Assembly (NCBI RefSeq): GCF_001194135.2
Contig: NC_068983.1
Span: 28,288,298 to 28,352,297 of the forward strand
Direction: 5' to 3'
Length of the DNA stretch: 64,000 nucleotides
DNA from: Octopus bimaculoides
Taxonomy: Eukaryota
Of this stretch, positions 1 through 12,286 are shown in pieces. Under the pieces are notes generated by a model, which was not told where the DNA came from, made no database searches, and saw only the letters and a list, made by a program, of their open reading frames with translations. Made by a program: the position numbers and the translations under genes. How positions within the stretch are numbered: position 1 is the first letter of the stretch; the number at the start of each line of letters is the position of its first letter.

Positions 1-125
1 CTCATTTGCAATTTTATGTGTTTGTCTGAAACAATAATTTGTAGTTTTCTGCCAAGTATTCAGACCATAAATACATTTGTATTCGTATCAATTACAATGT
101 AGAATTACTTTTAGTATTTCTTTAG

Positions 126-201
126 TGTCTGTAGACAGATATTCTTTTGGTTTTGGATCAGGTAAAACCTGCTGCAGTATTGTTCATACCAATGGCAAAC
201 A
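126..201 (+). CDS. Candidate internal exon of unidentified host gene (SVDRYSFGFGSGKTCCSIVHTNGK)
   Basis: Pyrimidine-rich acceptor ...TATTTCTTTAG at 125 and strong donor GTAAGT at 202; only one open frame across the 76 nt. Alternative acceptor or donor at 161/162. No homology recognised. Confidence 0.33.
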
Positions 202-456
202 GTAAGTAATTATAACTTTTTGTTTCCTGAAAATTTTTACATTTTTAATTTTATTTTGTTTCGTTTTTTTCTTTCTTTTTCTTGTCTTTTGGGGTGGATA
301 AATTTATGATGAAAGTGAAGATAAAAGTCTACATTAGCATTGAATACAGTATGTTAAAAGTATTATATGCATTAACAGTAAATGTTTAACCTAGAAATAG
401 GTTACAAAAGCATGGCGAGACATACCAGTTATCATTTTTTAAAATATGTTTGCCTT

Positions 457-1089
457 AGGTTCAGGCGTGGTTGTGTGGTAAGAAGTTTACTTTGCAACTC
501 CATGGTTCCAGTTTCAATCCCACTGCATGGCACTTTGGACAAATGAGTCTTCCATTATAACCTTAAGCTGACCAAAGCCTTGTGAGTGGATGTGATAGAC
601 AGAAACTGAAAGGTGTCAAGCTGGCAGATACGTTACACGCCAAGCAAAATGCTTAGCGGTATTTCATCTGCCGCTACATTCTGAGTTCAAATTCCGCCGA
701 GGTCGACTTTGCCTTTCATCCTTTCGGGGTTGATTAAATAAGTACCAGCTAAGCACTGGGGTCGATATAATTGACTTAATCTGTTTGTCTATCCTTGTTT
801 GTCCCCTCTGTGTGTAGCCCCTTGTTGGCAGTAAAGAAATAAGAAGCTGAAAGGTGTCTGTCATAGATGTGTTTGTGTCTGTGTTTGTCTTGCACTACCA
901 TTTGACAACTGCTGTTGGTGTATTTACATTGCCCACAATCTAACAGCTTGGCAACAAGATCGATTGAATAAGTACCAGACTTCAAAAATAAATATATAAA
1001 TAAGTACTGGAATCGATTTATTTGATTAAAAATTCTTCAAGGCAGTGTCCCAGCATGGCTACAGTCAAATGGCTGAAACAAGTAAAAGA
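457..1089 (+). mobile_element. SINE family A (tRNA head + CORE-like body + central microsatellite), older copy interrupted by a family B SINE
   Basis: Head GTGGTTGTGTGGTAAG, GGCACTTTGGACAA, CCAAAGCCTTGTGAGTGG, tail CTGAAACAAGTAAAAGA shared with many copies in the window. Confidence 0.9.
612..845 (+). mobile_element. SINE family B (tRNA head, Meta-domain-like middle), young subfamily nested in family A
   Basis: A-box-like CTGGCAGA, B-box GAGTTCAAATTCC, GTCGACTTTGCCTTTCATCCTTTCGGGG body; flanked by A(A/G)CTGAAAG duplication at 604-612 and 845-853. The Meta-domain label is from memory. Confidence 0.9.
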
Positions 1090-1407
1090 TTTATAATTTA
1101 GAATAGGAAACGCTAAAACAAATATTGCAGGAGATTTTTTTTCTTTTTTAATCTTCTAGTTAGGAGGAGAGGCAGTGTTCTCAACAGTTCACAGGGCCTT
1201 TCAGATAATGAGTGGGAGGGAGGGAGGGTGGAAGGTATTTTCAAACCAGTGGTCTAGCCCAAATGGTTGCAACAGAGTGGAATCCATTAAAGGGACACAC
1301 GGTACTAAATAGTAACAGATTAAGTCTAGCAGCCTAACATACCATGGTGGAATTTGAACTCAGAACCCAAAGAACCAAAATTGATACCAGATAAAAGCCA
1401 CCAGTTT

Positions 1408-1605
1408 NNNNNNNNNNNNNNNNNNNNNNNNNNNNNNNNNNNNNNNNNNNNNNNNNNNNNNNNNNNNNNNNNNNNNNNNNNNNNNNNNNNNNNNNNNNNN
1501 NNNNNNNNNNNNNNNNNNNNNNNNNNNNNNNNNNNNNNNNNNNNNNNNNNNNNNNNNNNNNNNNNNNNNNNNNNNNNNNNNNNNNNNNNNNNNNNNNNNN
1601 NNNNN
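1408..1605. other. Assembly gap
   Basis: Run of N. Confidence 1.
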
Positions 1606-1607
1606 TA

Positions 1608-1787
1608 TTAGACTGTAGCCATGCTCGGGCATCACCTTGAAGAATTTTAGTCAAATCAATCCCAGTATTTATCTTTTTTAAACTTGGTACTTATTCTATC
1701 AGTCATTTTTTGCCAAACTGCTAAGTTACAGGGACGTAAACAAAACCAATACTGGTTTCAAGTGGTGGTGGGGAACAAACACAGACA

Positions 1788-1844
<57 letters not shown>

Positions 1845-2015
1845 ACACATATATGTGATGGTTGGCTTTCAGTTTCGAGCCACCAAAACCACTGAAGGTT
1901 TTCTGTCAGCCCAGGTCTATAGCAGAAGACACTTGCCCAAGGTTCCACACAGTGGGACTGAACTTGGAACCATGTGATTGGGGAGCAAACTATTTAACCA
2001 AACATCCACACCTGA
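1608..2015 (-). mobile_element. SINE family A, older diverged copy with (CA)n core
   Basis: Reverse-complement match to family A motifs (AGAAGACACTTGCCCAAGG, GGGACTGAAC). Confidence 0.85.
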
Positions 2016-2384
2016 ACACAGAGTGCTTGTTATCATAATAAATACCACAAGGTATTCAAAATGATCTCATATGCGAAAGACTCTGCCAAAACCCCACCCT
2101 AGACTGGTTACTAAATTCTATCAAAATGAAAGGATGAAAAATAAATTCAAGACATAAAGATGAAACATAGACTAACCGTATTAAGAGAAACCAGCTGAAA
2201 AAAACTGCTTGTGTTACAAGCCCACAAAGAAGCCTATATATAGTTACCCAGCCTGCTAGAAATAATAACTAAATTTGGTGATTTATGACTAACATCATAC
2301 ACATCCACATTCCTGAATTCCAATTTAACATCTTACCTAGGGCAGATCTTATTGTAATAAATACTAATGGTTATGGTGATGGTT

Positions 2385-2400
2385 GTGATGATGATGATGG

Positions 2401-2433
<33 letters not shown>

Positions 2434-2467
2434 CAAAGACAACAATGATGATGATTATGAAGATGAC
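2385..2467. repeat. (GAT)n microsatellite
   Basis: Direct inspection. Confidence 0.95.
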
Positions 2468-2700
2468 TAAAGGCAGTGATGGTGGTGTTGATGGTGATGA
2501 TGACAATGATGATGATGGAAGATAGGCATCTGATGTGAAGGTGATTAATTATAGTTCATTATAGTTAATTAGGGTTAATTATAGTTTTAAAACGTGAAAA
2601 TGAAGATAAATTCAGTATTTGAATCACTTAAAATTAATTTAAAATTAAGAGAAGCAAACAGTGAGAAGAAGAGAATCTGAATTTGGCATATACAGGGATA

Positions 2701-2746
2701 ACTTCAAGCATGTTTCAGTCTTATTAGACCTCTTCAGTGAGACATA
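2701..2746 (-). ncRNA. Degenerate minimal hammerhead ribozyme relic (ACAUGU family)
   Basis: Minus strand: TCTCA CTGAAGA GGTC TAATAA GACT GAAA CATG CT TGAAG; U16.1 changed to C and C11.1 changed to U. Confidence 0.6.
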
Positions 2747-2831
2747 GTTTTATCCATACTTGGTAGATCTTGAGATAACTGAGAAAATATATAGTATTTT
2801 AGTGAAGGAACACTGTTTGTTTTTGGCAAGC

Positions 2832-3457
2832 TTAACCCTTTAGCATTTATACAGGTCATATCTGGCCCAAATAAATATGCTACCTATTTGAAGCTCAAAC
2901 TGGCCAGATATGTTCTCTTACTCACACCTTCCCCACAATGTCATTCTAAAAATAAACAATCATATCATTGCAATCTCTTTGTAAGAAGATACTCTTTTAC
3001 TTGTTTCAGTCATTTGACTGTGGCCATGCTGGAGCACCGCCTTTAGTCGAGCAAATCGACCCCAGGACTTATTCTTTGTAAGCCTAGTACTTATTCTATC
3101 GGTCTCTTTTGCTGAACCACTAAGTTACGGGGACGTAAACACACCAGCATCAGTTGTCAAGCGATGTTGAGGGGACAAACACAGACACACAAACATACAC
3201 ACACACACAGATATATTTATATACATATATACGACAGGCTTCTTTCAGTTTCCCTCCACCAAATCCACTCACAAGGCTTTGGTCGGCCTGAGGCTATAGT
3301 AGAAGACACTTGCCCAAGGTGACACGCAGTGGGACCAAACCCGGAACCATGTGGTTAGTAAGCAATCCACTTACCACGCGGTTAATTGAAGACAATGTGA
3401 ATGTGTAAATGAATAAATATTACATTTGATAGAGTAATCTGATTGTTAAAGGGATAA
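2832..3457. mobile_element. piggyBac-like MITE (about 230 bp) carrying a SINE A insertion
   Basis: TTAA-CCCTTT ... AAAGGG-ATAA ends; body matches copies at 13922, 41654 and 54125 in the opposite orientation. Confidence 0.75.
2992..3377 (-). mobile_element. SINE family A, young copy
   Basis: Near-consensus family A sequence, 5' head slightly truncated. Confidence 0.95.
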
Positions 3458-4896
3458 AGAATGAAAAGGAAGGGGATTTACCTAAGGGATCACCTTCAGC
3501 ATGGAAAACAAATAGTTAAGTGCATGTTGCACTAATACAACAAGCCAAAGTATCTATGATATCTAATACAGTGAGCAGAAAAATAAAAAATTCATGATTT
3601 AATTCTGAAAAATTATATTTAATCTTGATAATAAACTAACACAGTTATTTAATAATTCTTAGTTTTTCCTTTTTTACTAGATATTATGATATCCTTCAGT
3701 TTGTCTCTTCTTCCCTCAATGCTTGCGTGTTGTGTGTGCATGCACGTTTCTTTCAATTTGACATATTAGTATAAAGTAATACATTTAGATGAGTAAACAT
3801 ATGTCGTTTGGTTGTTATATTGATAAATGTAGTGCATTTATCAATATAATTTTTGTCAACATTTATTCATTTCACTTCATGCATTTGTATATAAAACTGA
3901 AGAGTAATAAGCATGTATCTGAATTGCTGAAGCAATCTATAATATGAAGTTCAAAATTTATGTGAAGAAAGTCAGATGTTTAAGAGTTTCTAAGTATTTT
4001 CCACATCTTAAGCATATTTCATTCCATAAAAAAGTAAATGGAATAATATTAGCTGAATTTGATGCACTGCCAAAAGTACAACACATAAAATATAATTTTA
4101 GCCGGTCAGCAAATATCGAAATTTATTGCTTTAATCTGTAATAAATACTTTCACCTGTTATAAATTTCAGATGATTTGCTTTCTAAAAGTGGATATATAA
4201 AGACATATATTACACTCTACGTGATTTTGTTTGTTTTAAGCATCTTACAGCATAAAGAAGTTTATGCCTAAAGAATAGTTAATAATGAGCAGGATAAGAG
4301 ATGATTTTTCACAGAAATGAGGAAATACATTATCTCAGTAATTGTTTCTCCTACTCACGTTTCAAAAGCAACATAGAAAATCGCCTTGGGGATTGACTGA
4401 CTATCTTGCAGATTGCAGAACAGTGGTGCAATATTTATTGCATTATTTATTGTAAACCAAGTCTCAGTTACCTTCTCCACTTTCATGCCTGTCTTTTTAA
4501 GCTACCAGAAATTATTATGTTTATTCTTGCAGTATTTTAGTCTCAGCTTTGCAGTTTTATTTTGACATGATTTGTTTTTCAGTTGATTGAAATTAGCAAT
4601 GTATCAATGCTAAAATATCAGGTCACCACAAGTTGTTCCAGAGAAAATCTAGCTACTGTATCAGTAATAGTTGAATGGTTTAATGGCATAGGAATATTCA
4701 TTAACTGTAAAACTGAAGATGACTCGATTACATAAAATATGTCGATATTCCTTTACAATAATTTCCTCTATTAGTTTCAACACTTTCATTAGTTTAAATA
4801 ATATCAGTGTAGGTTTCTCTCCCTAAAAGTTACAGTCTATTTCATAATATAAAACGAATCTACAAATCTACAGAAAGTATTTATTACAGATTAAAA

Positions 4897-5120
4897 CCCA
4901 GCGACGCCTGCTGGGTTCAGCTGCTCTACATTGATAAGAGGCAATACCTCAAAACTAGTCTGTAGATGCCAGACCAGCAAGGGGAAGCAGCTGACCTCCC
5001 CTGTTCGAAGGTTATAATGGACACAGATTCGCTTGTCACATAGCTAGCCTCTTGGAATTAATCAATGGCAGCATTCGTCCTATTTCTTTTTTGGACTGCC
5101 ATGTTGGCTTGGCGATAACA
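4897..5120 (+). mobile_element. Short hammerhead-bearing element (retrozyme / Penelope pLTR-like), copy 1
   Basis: Homologous over about 220 bp to 63756-63984; flanked by ATTAAAA at 4890-4896 and 5121-5127 (candidate TSD). Confidence 0.75.
4923..4969 (+). ncRNA. Minimal type-I hammerhead with U3:A8 core variant; this copy has G12 changed to A
   Basis: CTACA TTGATAA GAGG CAATA CCTC AAAA CTAG TC/TGTAG: stem I CUACA:UGUAG, stem II GAGG:CCUC, palindromic ACUAGU, GUC site (cleavage after 4960). Confidence 0.75.
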
Positions 5121-6081
5121 ATTAAAATCTACAATAGTTAACCACTTAAATTTCATTATTCACCCTCTATAAGAACTCATGAAATTTGGTTCTTTGCTCT
5201 AATATTTCACTACTCCAAGCTATTGCAAAATCTTCATCCAGCCATCAATTAAATATATATTAAATCAATGTGAAATTATCTAAAACTTGATCTGTTACAC
5301 TTCTATTTTAGACAAGTCAGTCTAACTTTCAATATCATTATAAATATATCCATTGTTGAATAGTTTCCAGACAGACAAGATATTATATAATTAGCAGCAG
5401 CATTAAAGCATTGAATAGAATATGTACCAGGGTATTTGCTCTGATTCTCTATGCTCAAATCAAATCCTGCTAAGTTTTCACCACACAGCCATGCTTGCTT
5501 GCATGTATATCAATTGCAATAGCTTTCTTTCAGAAGTGTTCATTAAAAATCTATCTATTGAATACTTGTAATATTAACATAACATTTAGTTTCTATGTTA
5601 CTTTGATATTAATGCCATCACCACTGTTATCACCACTAGCAAGAGTCAATAAACCTAAAATTTAACCAATAATGACTATCCACACACATATATATAGTTG
5701 ACTGTTTCAACATGTTTTGCTGCTTCCAATATTTGTTTCCCTAGCATATTAGTTTTCCACCTAATGTCATGTATAATTCGAAATTATAAGCCTTTCACCT
5801 GGATTAATAAATACTAATATCAAAAACAAAAAGAATAAAGTATTAATTCTGCTTCCAGAAATCCTTTTAATTCTCACAAAAAAATGAAGAATTTAATATT
5901 TATGAAATCATGTTTTCTTAATCAAAGCATTCAGCTTAACGAGGATAAAATCATTGAATTATCTGGAAAGAAAGTTGGAAGGCCAAATTCAAGGCTACTT
6001 AGATTCTTTGACAGACTAAGAATATAGTTACAAAAGAATTAACAGATATTGATAAATGACTACTGTTTCACTTCTTTTCAG

Positions 6082-6147
6082 AACTGAAACTATAGTCAAT
6101 GGGAGTTTTATCAAAATTCCAAAGGGCATGACACAAACAAAAGAAAT
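6082..6147 (+). CDS. Candidate internal exon (TETIVNGSFIKIPKGMTQTKE)
   Basis: Strong acceptor TTTCACTTCTTTTCAG, donor GTATTA; 66 nt, phase 2-2; the only open frame is phase-compatible with 126-201. Confidence 0.33.
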
Positions 6148-6402
6148 GTATTATTTTTATTTGAGAATAATGACTTAAATGAATTGTACAAAGTCATTTC
6201 CTGTGTAACTTAATTTAATTAATTTAAATTCAATCTTGCTTTGTTATTTCTGTTGGAAACTAAAAAAAACGTTTCTCACCTAAAGAAATGTATTCATCTT
6301 ACTTTTATAACAAATCTTCTTTTACATTTGAATATTTTTGTCAAATCTAGAGAAATAAGTGCTGCAAAGATAACATTTGTACCTAAATATCAATTTTACA
6401 TT

Positions 6403-6591
6403 CTTTTATTCTTTTACTTGTTTCAGTCATTTGACTGTGACCATGCTGGTGCACTACCTTTAGTCGGACAAATCAACCCCAGGACTTATTCTATTGGTTT
6501 CTTTTTGCCAAACCACTAAGTGACGGGAATGTAATCACACCAACATTGGTTGTCAAGCAATTGTGGGGGGACAAACACACACAAAATACAA

Positions 6592-6633
<42 letters not shown>

Positions 6634-6798
6634 GACGGGCTTCTTTCAGTTCCCGTCTACCAAATTCACTCACAAGGCTTTGGTCGGCCCAAGGCTATAG
6701 TAGAAGACACCTGCCCAAGATGCCATACAGTGGGATTGAACTCGGAACCATGTGATTGGGAAGCAAGCTTCTTACCACACAGCCACTCCTGCACCTAT
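6403..6798 (-). mobile_element. SINE family A with (TA)n core
   Basis: Family A motifs; head end duplicated (CCACACAGCCACTCCT x2). Confidence 0.95.
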
Positions 6799-7152
6799 CC
6801 ACACAGCCACTCCTACGCCTTTATAAAAAATTTAATTAATTAACAGCCATAATAATGCTTGTTGGTGCCAATAGAGCAATGTTTTGTATGTAGCAACCAC
6901 ATTCCAAATAAAAAACAAATTGCTCCTCTATCAAACATGCCCCAGTTGATGCCTTTCTGTCACATCAATTCATATTGAAACTTCAAACCCCTAGTGGGGC
7001 AACAGCAGCACCAACAACAACACAGGTAACGTTGTTGTTTTTGCTACTAAGTGGTCTAACTCATTCCATTCACAAAGTTTGAGTAATTCACAGTTTGGCT
7101 CTTTTGTTAGTCAGAATATCACAATGGCCAACATTAGATCCTATGTGCACGT

Positions 7153-7233
<81 letters not shown>

Positions 7234-7273
7234 CATACATACACACACACACATACACATACACACACACACA
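7153..7273. repeat. (CA)n microsatellite
   Basis: Direct inspection. Confidence 0.95.
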
Positions 7274-7681
7274 CAATTGTTCCATTTGATAAACATCCAA
7301 AAATCTGTAAAGATTGCACACAGAGGCACAAATGTGTATGTATGCACATATAAACAAGAGTGAGCACTTAGATACAATCATCTACTCATGAATACAACAC
7401 ACAGTTATGCTCATAGTTAAACTCAACTGTTAAGTAAATACTTACATATAAAAAAAAACATTAGACCATATTCATTTAATTTAATATTTTCATTCAATCT
7501 TCTCCATTTCCAGTATATAACTGTTTAACATTTAGGCAGAAGGTCAGTAATTCTGAGTGGAAACAATTAATCACTCACATTAATTCCTAATACTTAAGTA
7601 TTATTTTATTGGCCCCTGAAGGATAAAATGCAAAATTGACCTTGGCAGGATTTCAACTTCAGAATGTAAGAAACTAAAACT

Positions 7682-7813
7682 CATAATCCTGCAAAGTGTC
7701 CTGGTACCAAAGGAATTCCAGTGGCCCCTAAGTGTTCCAGACAGTGTCCAAGTTTCACAACTGTAAAGCAAAACATGAAGGACCAGAGACCTGAACACTC
7801 TTATCTTTGTCAT
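7682..7813 (-). mobile_element. RTE-clade LINE reverse transcriptase fragment
   Basis: TKIRVFRSLVLHVLLYSCETWTL...FGTRTLCRIM resembles the RTE 'VLLYGCETWT' motif. Confidence 0.8.
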
Positions 7814-8155
7814 ACTGTTCAGATATATCTGACATTAAGTGTCTGATACGATTAAATAAGTTCTTTACTTTCAGACTTCACAACTGTAGAGTTTTACATC
7901 TGATTCTATTATGTGGCACTTTGGAGAAATGTCATCACTGCCTCAGGTCAACCAAAGCCTTAAGTAAAAGTTGTTAAATGGAAACTGTCTGTAACTCTAT
8001 TAGAGGCATCATATTTGTCTTTTGGTAACTAAACCTCTGTTACTTTGTTTAAAACAACCAGTTGATTCCTGGCACATTTAGCACAGTCCATTCTTTTGTA
8101 AACATTTGGGCTAGGTCTCTCATCTGAAGATAGCAATTTCCCTTCCTCCTTACAG

Positions 8156-8175
8156 TCAGAGACCTCAGGAGGATT
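8156..8175 (+). CDS. Candidate 20-nt microexon (QRPQED)
   Basis: Acceptor TTTCCCTTCCTCCTTACAG, donor GTGAGT; phase-2 start is compatible with 6082-6147. Confidence 0.22.
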
Positions 8176-10776
8176 GTGAGTGAATTTTGTTTTTTTTTAT
8201 TTCTCAGATTAAGCAAAAATGGACCCACGACTTTCGCATTTTAATTTGATTTTGAAGTGACTTCAGTTTTAGACACTAAAGTAATAATTAATTTTCCAAA
8301 ATAACATTACTTCAACATAAACCAATGCAAACCAAGACCTTAGCACTAATTCCCATTAAAGGTTTGTTATTTTTCTCTTGTCCTCTGAACTTCAGCTCAA
8401 GTTTGAGATCAAAATCAACAATGGTGCTCATTCTTTTAGAAAGACCTTTTACATTCATAGTTCTTGCTAGACTGGAGATTTAGTTATAAAATATTTAGCT
8501 TTATGCTACTAAAAATTTAGCCAATGTCCAAAGCCATATTAACCTACAGTTATTAAAAATAAATTGATTTTTTTCTCCCATTCTGCCAAGAGAATCAATA
8601 GTTCACCAGGCAATTTATGAGACAAATTTATTACATATTTGATTTCATTACTAATTTTAGTGACTAAGTCAAATGACTGTATTACTTCTGAGTACTTCAC
8701 AAAATAGTGGTGTAGTTTTAGTGTGGAGTGATGGCATGGTGAGAAATTAAATAATATCATCATCATCATAATCACCACCTCCATCATCATCATCATCATC
8801 ACTATTAAAACTCTAGCCCTAGGCACCACACAGTGAAACTGAGTCTAAAACCATGTGATTGGAAAGCAAACTTCTTACCATACAACCACAACATTTTCTA
8901 ATATTTTTAGTTGGGCATGAGTAGCATTTTTGTCCAACTTTAAACTAAGATTTGTTCTTGTTAGCATGAGAAATGTACTATAAAAATTGCAATGATGATA
9001 ACATTTATTGTTGCTTCATCCCAGGTTATCCCTAACTGAGCAAACCTGTAATCAAAAGCAATCTAGCTTTAATCGTCCCATCGTCTGATGTCCTCTTTCC
9101 ATTTGTTTTCAACTCTTTGGAGCAGTGATTAATCTGAAGTGGGTTCAGTTTCGTTTGACTATAACCCTGGAAGGTGCAAAAGAAGGTGGCCACACAGTTT
9201 TGTGTTTACATCTAAAAATGATTATGTTTCTGTTTCTGTCAATTAGTGAGCCATAAGCACAAAACCACATTGCTGTCTACTTTTGCAACTTACAGGGATA
9301 GAGTCAAATGAAATAATACTTGCTAAAGTGTGTTCATGGTTCAAAGACTTTAAGATGATGAGGTTCTTTAATTTGAGAGAATTTGGTTGCTATTTTATTT
9401 CCAGTAGGTAGAACAACCATATTTGTGGCACTCTGGCTGAGGAGAACAAACTTGATTGATCACATATTCGTTGACATATTTTTCTGAGGAATATAACCTC
9501 AAAATGCGCTAGTGAAGCTTCTGCAATTCGTTTTACCTTTTATTTTAGGGTTGATGGTTTGTTTTGTTATTGTTTTGTTTTGATTTGTTTTGTTTGTTTT
9601 TTTTAACTTCCTTTCTTTGTGGCTAAAGAAATTGTTAAATATGATAGTGGAAATAGTGGTAACAGATACTGATAAAGAGAGAGTTTTTAAAAAGACAGAT
9701 TACTAAAAGCTGACAAGGGAAGATAAACACAAAAATCTAATTAGCTAGAGAATCCTCTTCATGCAGACATTTGCTATTCTAAGTAGAATTGTTTTTAGAG
9801 GTATTTCTCTAGATTTTTTTCTCTCTTTCTGTATTTTTGCCATTAGTATTTAACAAACTGGTTATTCATTAAATGATATTATTATTCAGCACAGGGAAGA
9901 TACAATTCTAGAAAATTTGATTTAAAATGAAATAGAACAATACAGGGGATAGAAAATAGTATAAAAGAAAAACAATTAAAAAGCCTAAAAAAAAAAAAAG
10001 CATTAAATTAAATAAATGGCAAAAGTCTGCCAGTCTGAATATCATACATATTTAAAGAATTAATGAAAATGATAAAAATAAAAGAAGGAAAAAACAAAGT
10101 AGACCATATTAAATGCTGTAACAACTACTTAAAGGGAACCCACAAATGCAACCGACTCCATAACAACCCAATAAAATGCAATAAACCATACAGCATGAAA
10201 ACAGTAAAAAGAATTATCACAACCATTATAGTTTTTTATACACACCCAGACACATACACATACACATTTACACACACACACACACACATGCACACACTCA
10301 CACACACACATGTTCATGCATGCATATATACACAGTTATGATATGAGCCAACAGGGAGGACATTTTTTGTAGTCATTCAAACTGCATGAAATAGCAACCA
10401 AATCACTTACACTACATACAGTCTTGGAGAGGAGACAGAACACTGGAATAACACTGTCCTAAATATACACAAATGATGTGATGGTCATGGTTGAAATACC
10501 TTTTGCTCATTCGTATGCTTTATCAGGGTTGTCTTAAAGCTAAATAGTAGCTATAAGAATTACAACTTTGTTACTTTTGCATTATCACATTCGAAAATAT
10601 TTTTCCAAATGTTATCCACTTTTAGAAAATGATGGCAGTATGATTGACTGAAACTCTGCTAGGTAGTGCCCCATCATAGTTACATCCAATGGCTGAAATG
10701 GCTAACAAAATTTTTTTTTAAATGAGTAAATGTCTGAATGCTCAAACATATTTTTGCATGTTTGTATCTGCGTATA

Positions 10777-10987
10777 CTCTTTTACTCTTTTACTTGTTTC
10801 AGTCATTTGACTGCAGCCATGCTGGAGCACTGCCTCTAGTTGAGCAAATCGACCCTAGGACTTATTCTTTGTAAGCCTACTACTTATTCTATCAGTCTCT
10901 TTTGTCAAACTGCAAAGTTCCAGAGATGTAAACACACCAGCATCGGTTGTCAAGTGATGTTGGGGGGACAAACACAGATACACAAAC

Positions 10988-11024
<37 letters not shown>

Positions 11025-11213
11025 GATATATATATATATACATATATACGACAGACTTCTTTCAGTTTCCGTCTACCAAATCCACTCACAAGGCTTTGGT
11101 CGGCCCAAGGCTATAGTAGAAGACACTTGCCCAAGGTGCCACGCAGTGGGACTGAACCCAGAGCCATGTGGTTGGTAAGCAAGCTACTTACCACACGGCC
11201 ACTCCTGTGCCTA
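10777..11213 (-). mobile_element. SINE family A, full length
   Basis: Complete head to (CTCTTTTA)n tail. Confidence 0.95.
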
Positions 11214-11344
11214 TATGTTAAAGTCTTATAATGAATACTTTTAGATATAAAATTCTGGCCCTAAGATCTGAAATTAAAAGGCCAGTAATGAAAATAATAA
11301 CAACAACAACAACAATAATAATAAATTCCAATCATAAATATCCA

Positions 11345-12226
11345 ATATGCTAATGAATTCCGATCACAAATCGCCAATGAGTGAGAAGAAACTTTACTCC
11401 ACATTGTCAGTTCCACTGTGAAACTAACAAATTAAAAGACCAGAAAGCATCATGGAGGTGGCTCAGCAAGGGTGACCTAAAAAAGAAGACTGAAAGCCTA
11501 ATCAGTGCTGCCCAGGATCAGGCATTGAATACCAACTCAGTGAAAAGGGATATATACCACACAAGTGGAATGAACCTCTTCAGAATATGTAGAAAGAGGG
11601 TCAGAAGTGTGACTCACATTGTTAGTGCTTGTGAAAGTCTTGCACAGAAAGAATAGTGCAGACATGACAAGGTAGCCCAAAACCTTCACTGGCTACTATA
11701 CCAGAAGTATGGATATGAGGTAACAGGTGCTTGGTACCAACATACACCAGAAAAGGTAATGGACAAAAACAGGAAATCAAAGAGCCTCTGGGACTTTGGC
11801 TTCCAGACAGACAAGGTATTAGAGCACCGAAGGCCGGACATAGTAACCTTTAGGAGGGACAAACAAGAGTGCCTAATAATCAACGTGGCAATGCCAGATC
11901 AACATATTATCATGAAAGAAAGAGAAAAGATTGATAAATATAGAAACCTGAGAATTGAGATCACCAAGATGTGGCAGCCACAAGAATCAAATATAAAGGT
12001 TGTCCCTGATGTCATTGGAACATTGGGTTCAATATTACCTAATCTGAAGAAACAGCTGGAAACTTGCAATCTAAGTGTATTGCAAAAATCAGCTTTAATT
12101 GGAATTGCATGCATATTGCATAAAGTATTGTCTTTCTGAGGTCTTTGTTTTCTGTCTGAGGTCCTTGTTTTCTGTCTGAGGTCCTTCAATCAACATCAAT
12201 GATATTGGAAACTGTGTGATGTCTTC

Positions 12227-12227
<1 letters not shown>
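11345..12227 (+). mobile_element. R4/Dong-clade non-LTR retrotransposon, 5'-truncated decayed 3' end (family 1)
   Basis: AAQDQALNT; zinc-knuckle remnant xRICx8Hx4C; RHDKV; LWDF..QTD..RRPDIV; KIDKY (RLE endonuclease); stop at 12139; (AAT/AAC)n on both sides. Confidence 0.9.

Positions 12228-12285
<58 letters not shown>
12228..12285. repeat. (AAT)n microsatellite
   Basis: Direct inspection. Confidence 0.95.

Positions 12286-12286
<1 letters not shown>

Noticed and set aside
9478-9515. GAGG-AATATAA-CCTC-AAAA-TGCG-CT resembling a very old hammerhead
   Set aside because: CUGANGA is absent at the required position and there is no stem I; too degenerate to support
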